Notes: generated by a model from the sequence alone, not told the origin. A DNA stretch of 64,000 nt from an uncultured Gemmatimonadales bacterium (GCA_963730185.1 CAVSQW010000008.1:224001-288000); one strand, 5' to 3'. Shown: positions 46,370 to 57,504, numbered from the stretch's first letter. Numbers and translations are program-made.

Positions 46370-48079
46370 TCAGAAGCCGCCCCCGCCGCCGCCGCCTCCG
46401 CCTCCGCCCGAGGACCCGCCGCTGAACCCGGAGCCCCCCGAGCTCCGGGGCGACGAGGCCATCGTGGAGCTGGCCTTGGTCGCCATGGCGCTCAGCCGGG
46501 TCGAGAAGGTAGCAGCGTTGAAGGCCTGGTAGCCGGCGGCCCCGGCGTACCAGCGGGGCGGCTCCAGCGCCATGCTCTCGAAGGCCTTGGCCCACTTCTT
46601 CTCGACCCCGAAGGCCATTGCGAAGGGGAGGAACTTCTCGAACATGTCCGGCGTCCGGACGAAGTTCCTGAGCCGGTCGCCCTCGGTCCGGCCTAGGAAC
46701 TCCTCGAACCCCAGCACCTGCTCGAGCGTCCGGGCGCCGCGGACGGTCCGGGCCGGCATGACCAGCCCGAACCCTCCGACGATCGAGGCGGAGATGATCC
46801 CGGCCAGGACGAACGGCAGCGGGGTCATGGAGAGACGGGCGGCGAGGGCCCCGCCCCCACCGACCGCCAGCAGGCCGCCCAGGAACACGGCGCCGACCAT
46901 CCAGCGAGCCTTCACGTTATCGGGCCGCGCCCGGTAGAAGCGGCGGTCGAGCAGCCGGTCGAAGATCGCGTTCTTGATGCCGGTGAGGCTCTTGTAGAAC
47001 TCGTTCTCGAGGTCGGACAGGGCGACCGTCGAGCGGCCCCCGAAGACGCCGTCGAGCACCCGCTTCTCGTGCTCCTGGAGAGCGTCCCACTCGCTCTCCG
47101 GCTTGAGGCGGTGGAAGGTGAAGTCCCGGTCCTTGATCAGCCCGAAGAGCTTCGCGTCCTCGGTCTCCTCGATCTTGAGGTAGCCCTTCACGGCCAGATC
47201 GACGAGCGTGGCGGTGATGTCCCGCATGTCGGCCGAGTTGTCGATCAAGGTGCCGGCCTCGCCCGGCGTGAGCTGGTCGGGCGGATCGTACTGCACGGTG
47301 ATCGGGAGCTGGCGGGGGTCGCGACCCTTGGCCCGCCAGATCGCGAACATCCCGAAAAAGATCGGAATGGGAAGGAACAGGGGCCAGTTGGCCGCCGCGA
47401 AGTCGCCCGCGCGCGCGAGCGCGGTCGGCTGGCGCACCAGGCCCTTGTCCCAGCCCACCACGGCCGTCATGCCTTCGTGAAACGCCAGCGCGTGGGGCAT
47501 GGTGACCTGGACCGACGGACCGTCGATCGCCACCGAGGCGTCCTGGGCCGTGGACCCGTAGGCGCCGTTGAAGGCGATGGCGCGCACCCCGCTGGCCTTG
47601 GCGGGAAGCCGGATCTGGGCGCTGACCGCCTCGATCGGAACGTCCCACTCGTCACCGGTGACGTTCCAGTAGAGCTCGTCGTGCTCGTCGAAGAAGCGGA
47701 GCGCGTTGGTGGCGCGGTAGTGAATGACGACCGTCTTGACCGCGTCCTGGGCGCCCGGGATCCAGATCTTGAGCTTGAGGTAGTGGCGCTCCCGGCTCTG
47801 GTCGGTCCGGAGCGCGTTGCCCTGGCCGTCGGTCACGCTCAAGAGGCTGAACCGGATGGTCCAATTGAAGCCTTGGGGGGTGTGGTAGTCCACCGGGATG
47901 GTGCGGTAGAGCCCGTTCCAGGAGCCGGTGAACTTGGGGACGATGGTCTCGGTGACGTCGATGGTCGCGTTGGTGTCGACCACGATGGCGGCGTCGAATC
48001 GCTGAATCACGAGCGACCGACCCTGGGCCGCGAGCGATCCGGGCAGGGCCGCGAGGACAGCCAGCAGCCGGGCCCTCAC
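46370..48079 (-). CDS. DUF2207 family membrane protein
   Basis: DELYWNVTG, ATLVDLAVKGY, LPFAMAFG and Gly-rich tail GGSSGGGGGGGGGGGF; follows lemA. Confidence 0.9.
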   Translation of the reverse strand: MRARLLAVLAALPGSLAAQGRSLVIQRFDAAIVVDTNATIDVTETIVPKFTGSWNGLYRTIPVDYHTPQGFNWTIRFSLLSVTDGQGNALRTDQSRERHYLKLKIWIPGAQDAVKTVVIHYRATNALRFFDEHDELYWNVTGDEWDVPIEAVSAQIRLPAKASGVRAIAFNGAYGSTAQDASVAIDGPSVQVTMPHALAFHEGMTAVVGWDKGLVRQPTALARAGDFAAANWPLFLPIPIFFGMFAIWRAKGRDPRQLPITVQYDPPDQLTPGEAGTLIDNSADMRDITATLVDLAVKGYLKIEETEDAKLFGLIKDRDFTFHRLKPESEWDALQEHEKRVLDGVFGGRSTVALSDLENEFYKSLTGIKNAIFDRLLDRRFYRARPDNVKARWMVGAVFLGGLLAVGGGGALAARLSMTPLPFVLAGIISASIVGGFGLVMPARTVRGARTLEQVLGFEEFLGRTEGDRLRNFVRTPDMFEKFLPFAMAFGVEKKWAKAFESMALEPPRWYAGAAGYQAFNAATFSTRLSAMATKASSTMASSPRSSGGSGFSGGSSGGGGGGGGGGGF

Positions 48080-48633
48080 GATCCGGACTCCAGGCCCAAC
48101 TGGGGCACCGCGCGGTCGCCGGTGTCGATCCCGAAGAACTCGCGGGGCCGGAATCCGAGGGGACCGGCGATGAGATTGGCGGGGAACTGCGCGATCCGGG
48201 TGTTCAGGTCGCGGACCACCGCGTTGTAGTACCGGCGGGCGTTCTGGATATTGTCCTCGACCTCGCTCAGGCCCTTCTGGAGCTCGAGAAAGCTGGCCGC
48301 CGCCTTGAGGTCCGGATACGACTCGGCCAGCGCGATGAGCCGCCCGACCTGCTGCCCGAGATCTTCTTCGGTCCGGCCGGCGTCGGCCGGACCGCTCGCT
48401 CGCATCGCCTGGTTCCGAGCCGAAACGACCGACTCCAGGGTGCCTTTCTCGTACCCGGCGTGGCCCTTGACCGCCGCGACGAGGTTGGGCACCAGGTCGT
48501 GGCGTCGCTTGAGCTGCACGTCGATGTCGGCCCACGCATTGTCGGCCAGCAGGCGGAGCTGGGCGAGCGAGTTGTAGATCAGGGCGATGCCCAGCCCCAG
48601 CGCGGCGAGAACGACGATCGAGACGAGCCCCAT
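48076..48633 (-). CDS. lemA: LemA family protein
   Basis: AWADIDVQLKRRHDLVPNLV; ESYPDLKA; ARRYYNAVV; FPANLIA. Confidence 0.95.
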   Translation of the reverse strand: MGLVSIVVLAALGLGIALIYNSLAQLRLLADNAWADIDVQLKRRHDLVPNLVAAVKGHAGYEKGTLESVVSARNQAMRASGPADAGRTEEDLGQQVGRLIALAESYPDLKAAASFLELQKGLSEVEDNIQNARRYYNAVVRDLNTRIAQFPANLIAGPLGFRPREFFGIDTGDRAVPQLGLESGS

Positions 48634-48693
48634 GCGCTTACCTCCAGTCGCGGCTCGAAAGAGCCGGGTCGGTGCCGGCCCCTCCGGCGTGCC

Positions 48694-49122
48694 TCAGCCG
48701 GCCAGCACGGCGTCGAGCGTGATCGGAACGCTGGCCAGCGCTTTGGACACCGGGCAGCCCGCCTTGGCCTCATTGGCGATCCGGGCAAAATCGCCGGGGC
48801 TTACGCCGGGAACCACGGCTTTGGTGGCGAGATCGATGCCGACGATCGCGAAGCCCGCGTCGGTCCGGTCGAGGTGGACCACCGCCTTGGTCTCGATGCT
48901 GGTCGGAGGATGGCCGGCCTGCGACAGCGCGTTGGCGAACGCCATCGAGAAGCAGCCGGCGTGGGCCGCGCCGATCAGCTCCTCCGGGTTGGTGCCGGGC
49001 GCCTGCTCGAAGCGGGACCCGAACGAGTACTTGCCCTCGAACGCCCCGCTGCCGAGGCGCATGGTGCCGTTGCCGTCTTTGAGGGTGCCTTCCCAGCGGG
49101 CATTGGCAGTGCGATCGATCAC
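48694..49122 (-). CDS. osmC: OsmC peroxiredoxin
   Basis: SRFE..PGTNPEELIGAAHAGCFSMA; CPVSKAL. Confidence 0.95.
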   Translation of the reverse strand: MIDRTANARWEGTLKDGNGTMRLGSGAFEGKYSFGSRFEQAPGTNPEELIGAAHAGCFSMAFANALSQAGHPPTSIETKAVVHLDRTDAGFAIVGIDLATKAVVPGVSPGDFARIANEAKAGCPVSKALASVPITLDAVLAG

Positions 49123-49238
49123 GTGAATCTCCGTCTCGTCTCTGGCTGGCCCGAGTGACCGGGGAGCGCCCGGCCAGCCAGGGCGGACCTCCCCGCGAGG
49201 TGGTGCCGGTGGCCCGCGCTGGGGCGGGCCGCGCGGCG

Positions 49239-50786
49239 CTACGGGATCGCGTCGTACATCGCAGCCGCGATGTCGCCGGCGGCCTGCCCGACGAGCTCTT
49301 GGAACTGCGATGGCTTCGACACCTTGATCCGGTTGAGGTAGATGGCGAACGCGAGCTGGTGGCCGGCCCGCGTGGTCATGTATCCTGCCAGCCCCTTGCC
49401 TTGGACGATCCAGCCGCGATTCAGCAGGTCCTGATCCACGAAGGTGCCAGTCTTGGCGAACACGTGGCCCGCGGCCGGAGCGTCCACCGAGATCTTGGCC
49501 AGGGTCCCGTCGCGGCCCAGAATCGGCAGACCGTGTTTGAAAGCGGCGAAGGTCGGCTGGGTGGCCATCCAGCGGAGATAGCTCACCATGAAGTTCGGCG
49601 AGAAGAGGGCCGCGCCGCCGGCGCCGTCGCTCTGCACCGCTCCGGTCAGGTCGAGCCCGGCCTTCGCCAGCATCTCGTGCTCGAGGTCGAAGCCGGCCTG
49701 GATCCCGGTGGCCCCCTTCAGCACCGCGCCAAGAACATAAGGCATCATGCTGGCGTGGAGATTCTGACTGACCTTGAGGATCACTTTGGCGGCCTCCCGG
49801 AACGGCAGCGAAACGTGCTCCGCCACCACCTGGGCGGAGTCGTAGGCCGTCGGGAATGCCGGCCTCGTCCGCGATGCCGGGGCCGCGGTCACGCCGGAGT
49901 CCGCCAAGGCACGCCGGAGACCCGCCGCCAGGAAGCGATCGGGCTCGGGCACCTTGTATCCCAACATCCCGGGCGTGCCCCCCAGCCGCTTGGTGCCGCT
50001 CAGGACGATGGTCCGAGACCCGTCGGGGTTGAGGCTATCGGCGGTGATGTCGCCGTCGGTCGTGGAATCGGCCGGCACGGTGACTAGTCGGTTCACCACG
50101 TGCACGTAGGGCGTCTCCGGCAGGATGGTCAGCCGGGCCGGCGCGCCGGGGCGGTCTCCGGGCGCGGCGATGATGTCCACGATGTTGTCGTTCAGCACCG
50201 CCGGCGAGATCATCACCCCGGTGCCGAGCTCGCGCTCGTTGGCGTCGAACAGACGGGCATCCACCAGCACCCGTCCGGTAATCCGCCGGATGCCGTGGCG
50301 CTTGACCTGGCCCGCCAGCTCGCGCATGACCGCCAGGGGATCGCCGGGGACCAGGTCGGTCGCCGGATCGCTGCCGTAGGAATGGTCTTCGTTGACGAAG
50401 AGGAGCGAGTCTCCGCTGATCCGGTCGGAGAGGTTGGGGTCGCCGCTGGCGACGAGGATCAGGTCGCCCCGGAGCGTGCCCTGCACGACGGGCCCGGTGC
50501 GGTAGACCTTGGTGTGAAAGCGATAGTCCGCGCCGAGCAGGTTGAGTGCCGTGCCGACCGTGAGGAGCTTGGTGGTCGATCCGGGGACGAAGAGCTGGTC
50601 GCCGTTCCGGACGTAGTAGGTGGTGTCCCGGTCGAGCGATTCGACTTTGACGCCGATCACGGCGCCCTTGAACTCCGGTCGGTCGGCGATCCGATCGATT
50701 CGCTGGGCGAGCGAGGGGGCCTGGGCGATGGCGCTATGAGCAAGCAGGAGGCCGGTGAGTCCGGCCCACCATGCGCGGTGGATCAT
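49239..50786 (-). CDS. dacB: D-Ala-D-Ala carboxypeptidase/endopeptidase (peptidase S13, PBP4-like)
   Basis: PGSTTK (SxxK), SGDP, SQN, DGAG, AKTGT. Confidence 0.9.
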   Translation of the reverse strand: MIHRAWWAGLTGLLLAHSAIAQAPSLAQRIDRIADRPEFKGAVIGVKVESLDRDTTYYVRNGDQLFVPGSTTKLLTVGTALNLLGADYRFHTKVYRTGPVVQGTLRGDLILVASGDPNLSDRISGDSLLFVNEDHSYGSDPATDLVPGDPLAVMRELAGQVKRHGIRRITGRVLVDARLFDANERELGTGVMISPAVLNDNIVDIIAAPGDRPGAPARLTILPETPYVHVVNRLVTVPADSTTDGDITADSLNPDGSRTIVLSGTKRLGGTPGMLGYKVPEPDRFLAAGLRRALADSGVTAAPASRTRPAFPTAYDSAQVVAEHVSLPFREAAKVILKVSQNLHASMMPYVLGAVLKGATGIQAGFDLEHEMLAKAGLDLTGAVQSDGAGGAALFSPNFMVSYLRWMATQPTFAAFKHGLPILGRDGTLAKISVDAPAAGHVFAKTGTFVDQDLLNRGWIVQGKGLAGYMTTRAGHQLAFAIYLNRIKVSKPSQFQELVGQAAGDIAAAMYDAIP

Positions 50787-50991
50787 TCGAGACACTCCGT
50801 TTCGAGGGTGCTCGTGAAGGGTAGCCGCGCCGTGCTGGTGTCGCCACGCCTTGGGGTCGGGCGGGCGGGTCATACCTGAGGTTGTCCCTCCAGCGGTCTG
50901 GTCGTCCAACCGGGGCTCGCGAGCAGAGGCCGAGTCTGGGCCCGCGCTGCCCACCGGCCGACCCACGCCGCCGATCGGCCCGCCTCCCCGG

Positions 50992-51471
50992 TCACCCGAT
51001 CGTCAGCACGCCGGTCGATGCGTTGTAGGCCGTGGGGTAGGAGCGCATGTTGCCGGTTGGTTGCCCGCCGATCCAGTGTCCGGTCTCGTCGAACTGAGCT
51101 CCATGCACGGTACACCGGAAGCCGCTCGCGTAGCTGTTGATCTGGCCGCCATAGTGCGGGCAGATCCGCGAGAGCGCGACGAACGTGTCCGACCCGGTCC
51201 GGACCACGGCCAGCGGGCTGTTCCCGGCGCTGACGTACGCCACCCCGCCGACGGTGGCCAGGGTCGGGTAGTCCGTCAAGCTGAGCGTCAACGAGACATT
51301 GTTCGGCGCGGTCGGAATACCGGGGAGGGCGCAGGCCGCGAGGGTGACGCTGGCCACGACCGCGCCGCATCGGACCAGGAACACTCGCCGCGAGAGGGCG
51401 TCCGCCACCCAACTGTCGTCGCCGGCGGCGGGCTGTCCCGCCTGGCACGCGCAGCGATGAGATTCGGTCAT
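50992..51471 (-). CDS. Small Rieske [2Fe-2S] protein with Tat (lipo)signal
   Basis: SRRVFL; LAA-C; CPH.G and C.VHGAQF boxes. Confidence 0.88.
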   Translation of the reverse strand: MTESHRCACQAGQPAAGDDSWVADALSRRVFLVRCGAVVASVTLAACALPGIPTAPNNVSLTLSLTDYPTLATVGGVAYVSAGNSPLAVVRTGSDTFVALSRICPHYGGQINSYASGFRCTVHGAQFDETGHWIGGQPTGNMRSYPTAYNASTGVLTIG

Positions 51472-51620
51472 CGGGATGAGCTCCTTTTCGAGTATCTTGC
51501 ACCGCCGGTCGGCGGAGGTCGCGACCGGGGCTGAGCGTCGTTGGCGCCCTGGAGACAAGCGTCGATGGCCGATCCCCCGACCCGGCGAGCGGTGTTCATC
51601 CGGCTGTCATCCGAAAGGGC

Positions 51621-52349
51621 ATGCTCGAGCGACTCGGCAATCTCTTCTTCCGCCGGCGGGGCCCGTTGTCGGGGGTCGTGCTGGTGTTGGTGGTCGTGGC
51701 CACGGGGGCGGCCGCCGCCTGGCGGCCGGTTTCGCCGGCGACGGGCCGGGCGGCGGACCTCCTGGGACTGGCGATCGTGCTGCTCAGCCTGACGGGGCGC
51801 GGGGTGGTGGTGGGGTACACGGCGCCCGGGACGTCGGGACGCAATCAGGAAGGGCAGGTGGCCGAGAGCCTCAACACCCGGGGCGGGTACTCCGTCGTGC
51901 GGCACCCGATCTACCTGCTCAACCTGCTGGGCTGGATCGGGATCGCCGCCCTGTCGGGGACCTGGTGGATTCCGATCGGGGCATTGGCCCTGGGGGTCGG
52001 TCTCTACGGACCGATCCTCGTCGCCGAGGACGCGTTTCTGGCTCGGCGTTTCGGCGCGGAGCATCGGGACTGGGCGGCTCTAACGCCCGCCGTGCGCCCC
52101 CGGATCGCGAGGTGGCGACGGCCCGACCGGCGCTTCTCGTGGCGGGCCGTGCTCCGCCGGGAGTATCCGTCCCTGGTGGTGACGTCGCTCGCGGCATATC
52201 TCGTTCACGCCGCCCGAGGATGGCCGGCGTGGCGGCCGGACCTCGCCGGATGGTGGACCCGGGGACTGCTGGTGGCGCTGGCCCTGGCGACTGGGCTCCG
52301 AATCGTGAGCCACACGACTCGATGGTTCGAAGCGAGAGGAGAACGATGA
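51621..52349 (+). CDS. ICMT/PEMT-family membrane methyltransferase, LmtA (lipid A phosphate methyltransferase)-like
   Basis: GTSGRN...QVAESLNT.G.YSVVRHPIY; AEDAFL..RFG; RREY. Confidence 0.78.
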   Translation: MLERLGNLFFRRRGPLSGVVLVLVVVATGAAAAWRPVSPATGRAADLLGLAIVLLSLTGRGVVVGYTAPGTSGRNQEGQVAESLNTRGGYSVVRHPIYLLNLLGWIGIAALSGTWWIPIGALALGVGLYGPILVAEDAFLARRFGAEHRDWAALTPAVRPRIARWRRPDRRFSWRAVLRREYPSLVVTSLAAYLVHAARGWPAWRPDLAGWWTRGLLVALALATGLRIVSHTTRWFEARGER

Positions 52350-53059
52350 GGTCTTGGTGGCGAGTCGGGTGGATCGGTGCGCTCCTGCTCGGGCCGGGGT
52401 CGAGTGCGGCGCAGCAGCCGGCCGTCGATACCACCGCACTGGTGGCCCCGGCGAACCTCGGGTTCGGGCGCCAGCTCTGGAAGCCGGCGCTGGTGGTTGG
52501 GGCGTCGTTCTTCGTCGACCAGGCGACCCGGGTCACCAGCCAGGACCTCCGTTCGGGGTCGACCAACGCGCTGGCGCGGATGGGGAATCGGTTCGGCGAT
52601 CCCCACTACTTCCTGCCCGCGATCGGCCTCGGCGTGGTGGGCGGATTGATCTTCCATCGGCCTGGATTGACCGAGTGGGGGGTCGAGACGGCCGAAGCCG
52701 GCGGCCTCGCCGGCGCGGCGGTGACGGTGATCAAGGAGATCGTGGGGCGACCCAGGCCGTTCCAGGGGGGCGATCCCGACCAGATCAAGCCCTTCAGCGG
52801 CTATCAGTCGTTCCCGTCGGGTCACACGACGGTGGCGGCGGCATTCGCGACCGTGCTCGCGTCGCGGGTCCGGAGCCCCTGGCTCAAGGGGCTGGTCTAC
52901 GGCGGGGCCGCGCTCACCGGGTTCGCGCGAATCAACGACGACAAACACTGGCTCTCTGACGTGCTGGTGGGCGGCTTGATCGGCCATGCGGCCGGGCGCC
53001 TGATCCTGCACCGGCACGCCCGGAAGCGGGCCGAGCACCGGGCCGGGGCCGGTCAGTAG
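52346..53059 (+). CDS. PAP2 family phosphatase
   Basis: KEIVGRPRP, SFPSGH, ARINDDKHWLSD; ATGA overlap with the methyltransferase. Confidence 0.88.
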   Translation: MRSWWRVGWIGALLLGPGSSAAQQPAVDTTALVAPANLGFGRQLWKPALVVGASFFVDQATRVTSQDLRSGSTNALARMGNRFGDPHYFLPAIGLGVVGGLIFHRPGLTEWGVETAEAGGLAGAAVTVIKEIVGRPRPFQGGDPDQIKPFSGYQSFPSGHTTVAAAFATVLASRVRSPWLKGLVYGGAALTGFARINDDKHWLSDVLVGGLIGHAAGRLILHRHARKRAEHRAGAGQ

Positions 53060-54537
53060 GGCGCGACCGGTACCTGGCAATCGAGGGCCCGGCGAACCGC
53101 GGTCAGCAGCTCCTCCGTGGTGTAGGGCTTGACCAGAACCGTCGCACCCCGAGGCGCCTCGCCGCGGCCCGCGCCGGCGGTCCAGAGATAGGGGCCCCGA
53201 AAGCCGCGGAGGGCGAGGCGCTCGCGGATCGCGTCGCCGCTCGCGTCGGGGAGCACGGCCTCGGTGACCACCAGGCCGGTCCGCTCCGAAATCAGCTCGG
53301 CCGCGCCGCGGACGGTGTCCGCCACGCTCACCCGATAGCCTCGTTCGGCCAGGGCCCGACGCACCATCTCGCGGACCGGTCCATGGGGATCGACCACGAG
53401 AACCTGCTCCGATCCGCCCCTGGGCTCGCGGGCCGGCGGGTTCGGCGCGGGTCCGGATGGACAGGCGCCCGCCGGGAAGTAGAGCCGGACGGTGGTGCCG
53501 CGTCCGAGGGTCGTCGCCACCTGCAGGCCGCCGCAGTGCTGGCGCATCAGGCTCTGCACCATGGGCAATCCCAACCCGGTGCCGGAGCCGGGCGCTTTGG
53601 TAGTGAAGAAGGGCTCGAGCGCGTGCTCCAACGTCGCCGGCGTCATGCCGACTCCGCTGTCGGCCACCTCCAGCACCACGTAGTCGCCCGGGTGGATCGC
53701 CCCGCCGATGCCGTCGCGGGGCGCCACCTCAGTCTCCGCCGCGACCCGGATCCGAAGGGTGCCCCCGTCGGGCATGGCATCCCGGGCGTTGGTGGCCAGG
53801 TTGAGGACGATCTGTTCCAGCGATCCCCGATCACCGAGAATGGGCGGGCTGGGCTGGGTGTCGAGCTCGACCCGAACGTCGGCGGGCAGCACCCTGGTAA
53901 GGAGGGCGGCCGTCCGGCGGGCGAAGTCGTCGAGGGCAACGGGCTGCATGACCAGCGCCGATCGACGGCTCAAGCGAAGCAGCCGCTCCACCAGCTCGGC
54001 TCCGGCCTTCGCGGCTTTGATCACCGCGGCCAGGTCCTCCCGGAGGTCGAGCCGCTCCGCCGGCGTGCTCCGGGCCGCCAGCTCGGCGTGGCCGAAGATG
54101 ACGGTGAGCAGGTTGTTGAAGTCGTGGGCCATTCCTCCGGTGAGCTGGCCGAACATTTCCATCTTCTGCGACTGGCGCAGCTGCTCCTCGAGGCGGTGCT
54201 GGTCCGTCAGGTCCTGCACCAGCAGAGTGACCCCACCCGCCGCGGAGGGCCAGCTCGAGATCCGCACCGCCACCGGCCCGCCCGTGGCCCGGGGCCAGTC
54301 GGCCAGGAGCGATTCGCCGGCGGACAGCCGCGCGAGCTCGTCCGCCCCGGGGACGATCCGACCGAGCTCGGGCAGATCCACCGGCGCGTCGGTGCCGAGG
54401 CCGAGCAGCTGCTTGAGAGCTCGGTTGGCGAAGGCGATCCGGCCACCGGGGTGGAGCTGGACGACGCCGCAGGGGAGGAGATCGGCGTCGATCGCTGGCG
54501 GGCAGGGGGGGGCCGGGTTGTCCACCGAGTCGGGCAC
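53053..54537 (-). CDS. Hybrid sensor histidine kinase (PAS-HisKA-HATPase-degenerate REC)
   Basis: [41 protein letters not shown]; receiver reads LVVTE in place of LVvTD. Confidence 0.9.
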   Translation of the reverse strand: MPDSVDNPAPPCPPAIDADLLPCGVVQLHPGGRIAFANRALKQLLGLGTDAPVDLPELGRIVPGADELARLSAGESLLADWPRATGGPVAVRISSWPSAAGGVTLLVQDLTDQHRLEEQLRQSQKMEMFGQLTGGMAHDFNNLLTVIFGHAELAARSTPAERLDLREDLAAVIKAAKAGAELVERLLRLSRRSALVMQPVALDDFARRTAALLTRVLPADVRVELDTQPSPPILGDRGSLEQIVLNLATNARDAMPDGGTLRIRVAAETEVAPRDGIGGAIHPGDYVVLEVADSGVGMTPATLEHALEPFFTTKAPGSGTGLGLPMVQSLMRQHCGGLQVATTLGRGTTVRLYFPAGACPSGPAPNPPAREPRGGSEQVLVVDPHGPVREMVRRALAERGYRVSVADTVRGAAELISERTGLVVTEAVLPDASGDAIRERLALRGFRGPYLWTAGAGRGEAPRGATVLVKPYTTEELLTAVRRALDCQVPVAPY

Positions 54538-54639
54538 GACATCGTCCTGGCGATGGGGCCAAAAAGAAAGGGCGCGAGCAGCGTCCGATCGAATCGGCGA
54601 GTTCGCGCCTGGCGCCTTGCGACGCGCTTCGTCGCCCGG

Positions 54640-56592
54640 TCAGGTAGTGGCGTCGCAATATCCGTCCTCGGTCGGTTCGGGCGCAACCGGGGCGGGGGTG
54701 GCGTCCGGGCCCAGATGGCGGAGCAGCACGGCTTCCAGTGCGGCGGTCTCGAGTGGAATCGACAGAAAGTCGTCCATCCCGGCCGCCAGGCAGCGGATCC
54801 GGTCGGACGGCTCGGTGAGGCCGGTCAAGGCGATGATCAGGTGACGCCGGTCCCATTCGTCCTCGAGCTCCCGGAGGCGGGTGGTCGTCTCGAACCCGTC
54901 CAATACCGGCATCAGGCAGTCGAGGAGCACGACCTCGAAGCCGAGCGTCGAGAGCGTGGTCAGCGCGTCGGCTCCGTTGGCCGCGAAGGCCACGTGCATC
55001 CCGAGTCGCTCCAGCGTCCGGCCGGCGATCCGTCGATTGATCGGGTTGTCATCGACCACCAGGACCCGTCGTCCCTGGAGGGCGGCCAATCCGTCCGCGT
55101 GGCTCGGTCGGGGCGGCGGTCCCTTGGGGATGAGCCGTTCCACGGCCTGGCGGAGCTGCGACTCCCGGACCGGGCGCCGGAGGCGCTCGACCCGTCGGTT
55201 GGGCGGGAGGCCCAACGGGTCCCGGCCCCCGCCGGTCGAGAGCACGCCTACCGGACAGCTGCCCAGAGCGGCGATGAGGGGCGCGGCATCGAATCGCTCG
55301 GGTTCGTGACCGACGATCGCGGCGGCGAGCGGAGGGCGGTCGGCCTGACGAAACCACCGCGCGGCGGCGTCGACGCCGTTCACCAGGATGGTCCTGGCGC
55401 CCCATCCCTGGAGCATGAGCGCCACCGCCACCGCGGTCTGGCGGTGCGGCTCGGCGATCAGCACGGTCCGCCCGGCGAGGGCTGGGGTCGCCGCCTGGGC
55501 CCGTCTCTCCGCGACCGCCAGCGGCAGCTCGACCCAGAAGGTCGCGCCGATGGCCCGGGGCGGGTCGAGTCCCAGGCGTCCCCCCAGGAGTGAGGCGAGC
55601 TGGTGCGAGATCGCGAGGCCGAGGCCGGTCCCGCTCTGCGAGGCGCCGGCCGTGGCGCCGGCCTGGACGAATCGGGCGAAGAGTCGGCCGCGGACCGCCT
55701 CCGGTACGCCCGGCCCCGTGTCCTCCACCTCGATCCGCACCCACGGAAGGGTGTCTTCAGCCGGTCGGCTGGTCACCCGAACCACGACGTGCCCGTCGGT
55801 GGTGAACTTGACGGCGTTGCCCACCAGGTTGAGCGCGATCTGGCGGATCCGTCCCTGGTCGCCGACGACCATTCGCGGGACGGTGGGGTCGAAGTGAAGG
55901 GCCAGGTCGAGCCCCCGTCGATACGCTTCTGGCGCCATCAGGTCGAGACCGTCCTCGAGCATGGTGCGGAGATCGAACGCCACCGGGCTGAGTGTCAGTC
56001 GACCCGCTTCGAGCTTGGCAAAGTCCAGGACGTCGTTCACCAGCCGGAGCAGGAGCTCGGTCGACTGCCGGACCATGCCCAGGTACTCGGCCTGTTCGGA
56101 GTCGAGATCGGTCTCGAAGAGGAGATCGAGCACGCCCCGGATGCCGTTCATGGGCGTCCGGATTTCGTGGCTCACCGTGGCGATGAATTCGCGACGGATC
56201 TGGTCGGCCGCGGCGGCCTGGGCCTCCTTGGCTTCCACGTCGGCGAGGACGCGCTGCAGGTCACGACCGCCGAGCCGTTCGCTGTCGGGGTCGCGCACGA
56301 TCACGATCGTGTGCCGGACGCCGTCATGGGTCACGGTGGCGACCGTCGCGTCGGCGGCGAAACGGGTGCCGTTCCGGCGGTGCGCCGGGATCGTCTGCCG
56401 CGGCGAAGCGGCCTCGTCAGCGATGGTGGGAAAGAGCTCGCTGAGGGGCCGGCCCGCGGCCTCGACCGCCGACAGGCCGAAGATCCGCTCGGCGGAGCGG
56501 TTGAAGACCACGATCCGATGACCGTCGTTCGCCACGACCACCGCGTCCGGCGACTGGTGAACTGCGGCCGACAAGAGTCGCCCATCCGACAT
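54640..56592 (-). CDS. Hybrid sensor histidine kinase (PAS-HisKA-HATPase-REC-REC)
   Basis: [31 protein letters not shown]; first REC degenerate; second REC VVDDN, LLDCLMP. Confidence 0.92.
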   Translation of the reverse strand: MSDGRLLSAAVHQSPDAVVVANDGHRIVVFNRSAERIFGLSAVEAAGRPLSELFPTIADEAASPRQTIPAHRRNGTRFAADATVATVTHDGVRHTIVIVRDPDSERLGGRDLQRVLADVEAKEAQAAAADQIRREFIATVSHEIRTPMNGIRGVLDLLFETDLDSEQAEYLGMVRQSTELLLRLVNDVLDFAKLEAGRLTLSPVAFDLRTMLEDGLDLMAPEAYRRGLDLALHFDPTVPRMVVGDQGRIRQIALNLVGNAVKFTTDGHVVVRVTSRPAEDTLPWVRIEVEDTGPGVPEAVRGRLFARFVQAGATAGASQSGTGLGLAISHQLASLLGGRLGLDPPRAIGATFWVELPLAVAERRAQAATPALAGRTVLIAEPHRQTAVAVALMLQGWGARTILVNGVDAAARWFRQADRPPLAAAIVGHEPERFDAAPLIAALGSCPVGVLSTGGGRDPLGLPPNRRVERLRRPVRESQLRQAVERLIPKGPPPRPSHADGLAALQGRRVLVVDDNPINRRIAGRTLERLGMHVAFAANGADALTTLSTLGFEVVLLDCLMPVLDGFETTTRLRELEDEWDRRHLIIALTGLTEPSDRIRCLAAGMDDFLSIPLETAALEAVLLRHLGPDATPAPVAPEPTEDGYCDATT

Positions 56593-56727
56593 CTGCGTCA
56601 GGCTCCGGGTTCCGAGAATGCTGAAGGCACGAACCGGGCCGACCGACTCGTGCCTTCTCCTGGCGAGGGCGCGCTCCCCTCGGTCGACGGGACGCGGCCA
56701 CCGAACCTCGAGCCGCGCCCAAGCCCA

Positions 56728-57504
56728 TCAATGACTATCGGCCGGACCAGCGAGGGGCTTGAGCCCCGGGTGCCGCTCGGACGCGATCACGGCCTCGAGC
56801 CGGCGGCGGAGCTCGGCGAGCTGCTTCGATTTGAAGGCGGTCTTGGTCTCCTCCAGGACGGCGACGGTGTCCTCGAGGGCGGCGAGGAGCCGCTGCTGGC
56901 GAGGGCAGTTCAGCAGGTGGCAGGCGCTTCGCTCGGCGGTCCCCTGGGTGAGCGCGCCGGTCAGGTTGCGAACGTCGCGCATGGTCCCGACCACGTTCCG
57001 GAGCGCGCTGTCGATGAAGCCGGCGACGGCCACCCCGGACGGCGCGAGGGTTCCCACGGTCTGTTCGAAGAGCTCCAGCTCCTGCTTCCACCGGCTGGCC
57101 CGCTGTCGCGCCGCCGTGAGCGCCCTGACCGCATGGCGGTCGGCCACGGCGCGGTCGGCGTGACCGATCAGCTCCTCGAAGTCCAGCGGCTTGACCAGAT
57201 ACGCCACCACCGGGAGCCGGATGGCCGAGACCGCTGTGGTCAGGCTGGGATAGCCGGTGACCAGAATCACCGGCGTCCCCGGCCGGATCCGCTCCAGGTG
57301 AGCGACCAGGGCCAGGTCGGCGTTCCCCGCCATCCGGATGTCGGTCACGATCAGATCGAAGTCGTGCCGATCCAGCAGCTCGATCGCTTCGGTTCCGGAC
57401 CGGGCGACCTCCGCCGCCATGCCCCGGCTCCGGAACAGGTCGGCGGTCGACAGCAGAAAGGTCTCTTCGTCGTCGGCGATCAGAACTCGGGTCTGGTCTT
57501 CCAT
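56728..57504 (-). CDS. Response regulator with unrecognised helical C-terminal domain
   Basis: IADDE, VTDIRM, TGYP, VKP receiver; C-terminal ACHLLNCPR...KTAFKSKQLAELR. Confidence 0.88.
   Translation of the reverse strand: MEDQTRVLIADDEETFLLSTADLFRSRGMAAEVARSGTEAIELLDRHDFDLIVTDIRMAGNADLALVAHLERIRPGTPVILVTGYPSLTTAVSAIRLPVVAYLVKPLDFEELIGHADRAVADRHAVRALTAARQRASRWKQELELFEQTVGTLAPSGVAVAGFIDSALRNVVGTMRDVRNLTGALTQGTAERSACHLLNCPRQQRLLAALEDTVAVLEETKTAFKSKQLAELRRRLEAVIASERHPGLKPLAGPADSH

Noticed and set aside
46373..46445. (GCC)n-like low-complexity repeat
   Set aside because: Encodes the normal Gly-rich C-terminus of DUF2207 proteins
41206..56627. 11-mer AATGCTGAAGG shared by the upstream regions of the cyc2-like gene (41206) and a hybrid kinase (56617)
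   Set aside because: An 11-bp match of mixed composition is expected by chance at this scale
56623..56657. 10-bp inverted repeat GAAGGCACGA/TCGTGCCTTC between signalling genes as a terminator or riboswitch
   Set aside because: No U-tract and no recognisable aptamer motif; function cannot be supported
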